A DNA stretch of 64,000 nucleotides from the NCBI RefSeq assembly GCF_964204645.1, contig NC_134025.1, forward strand, positions 18,451,101-18,515,100. Reading direction: 5' to 3'. A model generated the notes under the pieces. The model saw only the letters and a program-made list of their open reading frames with translations, was not told the origin of the DNA and made no database searches. Position numbers and translations under genes: made by a program. Of the stretch, positions 62,579-64,000 are shown one piece after another; position 1 is the first letter of the stretch, and the number at the start of each line of letters is the position of its first letter. Source of the DNA: Tubulanus polymorphus. Lineage: Eukaryota > Animalia > Nemertea.

Positions 62579-62658
62579 AAGTCGAAAAGTGTATTTATTT
62601 GTATGTCAGTAGTATTACAAATGAAAAAGTGAATACATGTAGACAGGTACAAAATAGA

Positions 62659-63875
62659 TCAGTTCTTGTTAGCCAATACTTTTCTTAATGATTTTTCACC
62701 TTTTTTGGATACATTTTTGATATTATTTTGTTTTCTAATGTACATGAAAGCATCCTTGAATGCAGTGACACGAATGTCGATCCAGTATGTAATTACTCGT
62801 CTAAGCAAATTGCGACTCAGATTTTCGTCACTGACAAAACGTGTCGTCAATGTCTTCCAAGAATTTTTAACGGTTACACTCCGTTCGATTTGTTGAAGCA
62901 GCTTTTCTTTGATATTTAATCCGTTCAATGTGTGTACATCATTTATTTGGAGATGAGGGCGAACAACATTCTCTAATAGTTTAAAAAAAGTTGTATACAC
63001 TGTCTTTTACTTGGAAAAGACCGCCACGATCAACAGCCTTGATCCAGAAAGTTGTATAATCGAGGTAACTGTTCTGTTCCAAGTTTTCCTTTGTGTCGCA
63101 TTCGGCTCTCCAATGTTCTAAGATATTTAGAATTGCTGCAGCAGCAGTGTTGTTTTTTAAGCGCGAATAGTACTTAATCAGTGCATGAGGAATATATCCT
63201 GCTGCATACCTCAATGCTTGTTCCTCTTCGTTGGTGAGTGGAGCTAGTTGACTAGAATTTTTAGAGGTCGATTCATATCTTTTGTCAATTAAACCTTTGA
63301 ATATCTCCTTGAGCAATGACTGAATGAAAAGACTGCCTGCCCGATTGTCGAAATCCGTGCTCTGTGCACATTTAAAAACCAAAGTTTTTACATCATCATC
63401 TACTTCTTTACCACTAGAATACGTATGAAAGTTTGCCCACATCTTATCAAAATCGTTGTTTTTCAGAAAAGCTTGGTCTAGCGATGATAGGATATGAGAA
63501 TACCATGTCTGAACGAATACAGAATCAATCTCATTTAAAACTAACTTTGCGTAAATTTTCGCCAATTTTCCGTGAGTGCTATACGCAAATAGTCGGTTTT
63601 CCTCAATGATTTTGAGTGATTTGTGTAATAATGTGCTGAAATTGAAGAAAAACACAGTTTTATTGTTAAATCCTATCATGTACATTACATTTCATTAACT
63701 ATCGTTTTTGTATTTTGTAAGTAATGTTTGTAAGTAATATTGTACATAATATAAAATGTTACGAACAGCCTGTCAGCTTTATTTCAATACACGGATAATT
63801 ATCATTTGAACTTACTCATAGTATTTCTTTTCCTTCTGGAAACTTTCATCATTGATTTGTGGCGATTCCAACTCT
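62659..63875 (-). pseudogene. Convergent partner gene resembling the P-transposase C-terminal domain; upstream exons probably extend beyond the window
   Basis: LTNEEEQALRYAAGYI...WIKAVDRGGLF...FFKLLE...YWIDIR..KSLRK. One frameshift in the A run at ~62985; splice acceptor at ~63636. Confidence 0.78.
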
Positions 63876-64000
63876 ACATAAATAAAAAATATTTGTTTAA
63901 AATAGTGACTTTTATGTTGTTTTTCTGAAAGGATTAAAACAGACTACTTTCATTCAGCCCTCTTCAATAATAGGCTTTTTATGCTCAGTTAGGAAGCATC

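Overview
Eukaryotic, AT-rich, repeat-dense window, probably from a marine invertebrate (host not determinable from sequence). It holds one clear host gene, an intronless RING/TRAF-zinc-finger E3 ligase at 44378-45379 (-). The first 41 kb is a nest of mobile elements. A decayed Polinton/Maverick (element A, 6542-38133; AGT...ACT termini, 6-bp TSD GACACT) carries pPolB, penton, major capsid protein, HNH nuclease and a chromodomain integrase. It sits inside the YqaJ-exonuclease gene of an ISL2EU/Harbinger transposon and is itself invaded by Helentron-like non-autonomous elements, a 30-bp satellite, LINEs and the arm of a second Polinton (B). Two further Polinton fragments (C, D) lie at 1-4345. 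The right end holds a BEL/Pao relic and a spliced P-element-like transposon. Three observations stand out. (1) All four Polinton termini are 120-380-bp fold-back palindromes with a conserved AAAGGTCGAACGGTCGA core and family-specific but self-complementary stems. (2) Arm B carries, in the gene slot where element A has its integrase, a ~750-aa gene with the motif series of Rep_trans (pT181 RepC-type) rolling-circle initiators, which suggests a hairpin-plus-nickase replication or mobilisation module. (3) The P-like element looks bipartite: a transposase core with a RAG1/Chapaev-type N-terminal zinc finger instead of THAP, and the P-transposase C-terminal domain encoded by a separate convergent gene. 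All family assignments are by-eye motif recognition and need profile or structure searches.
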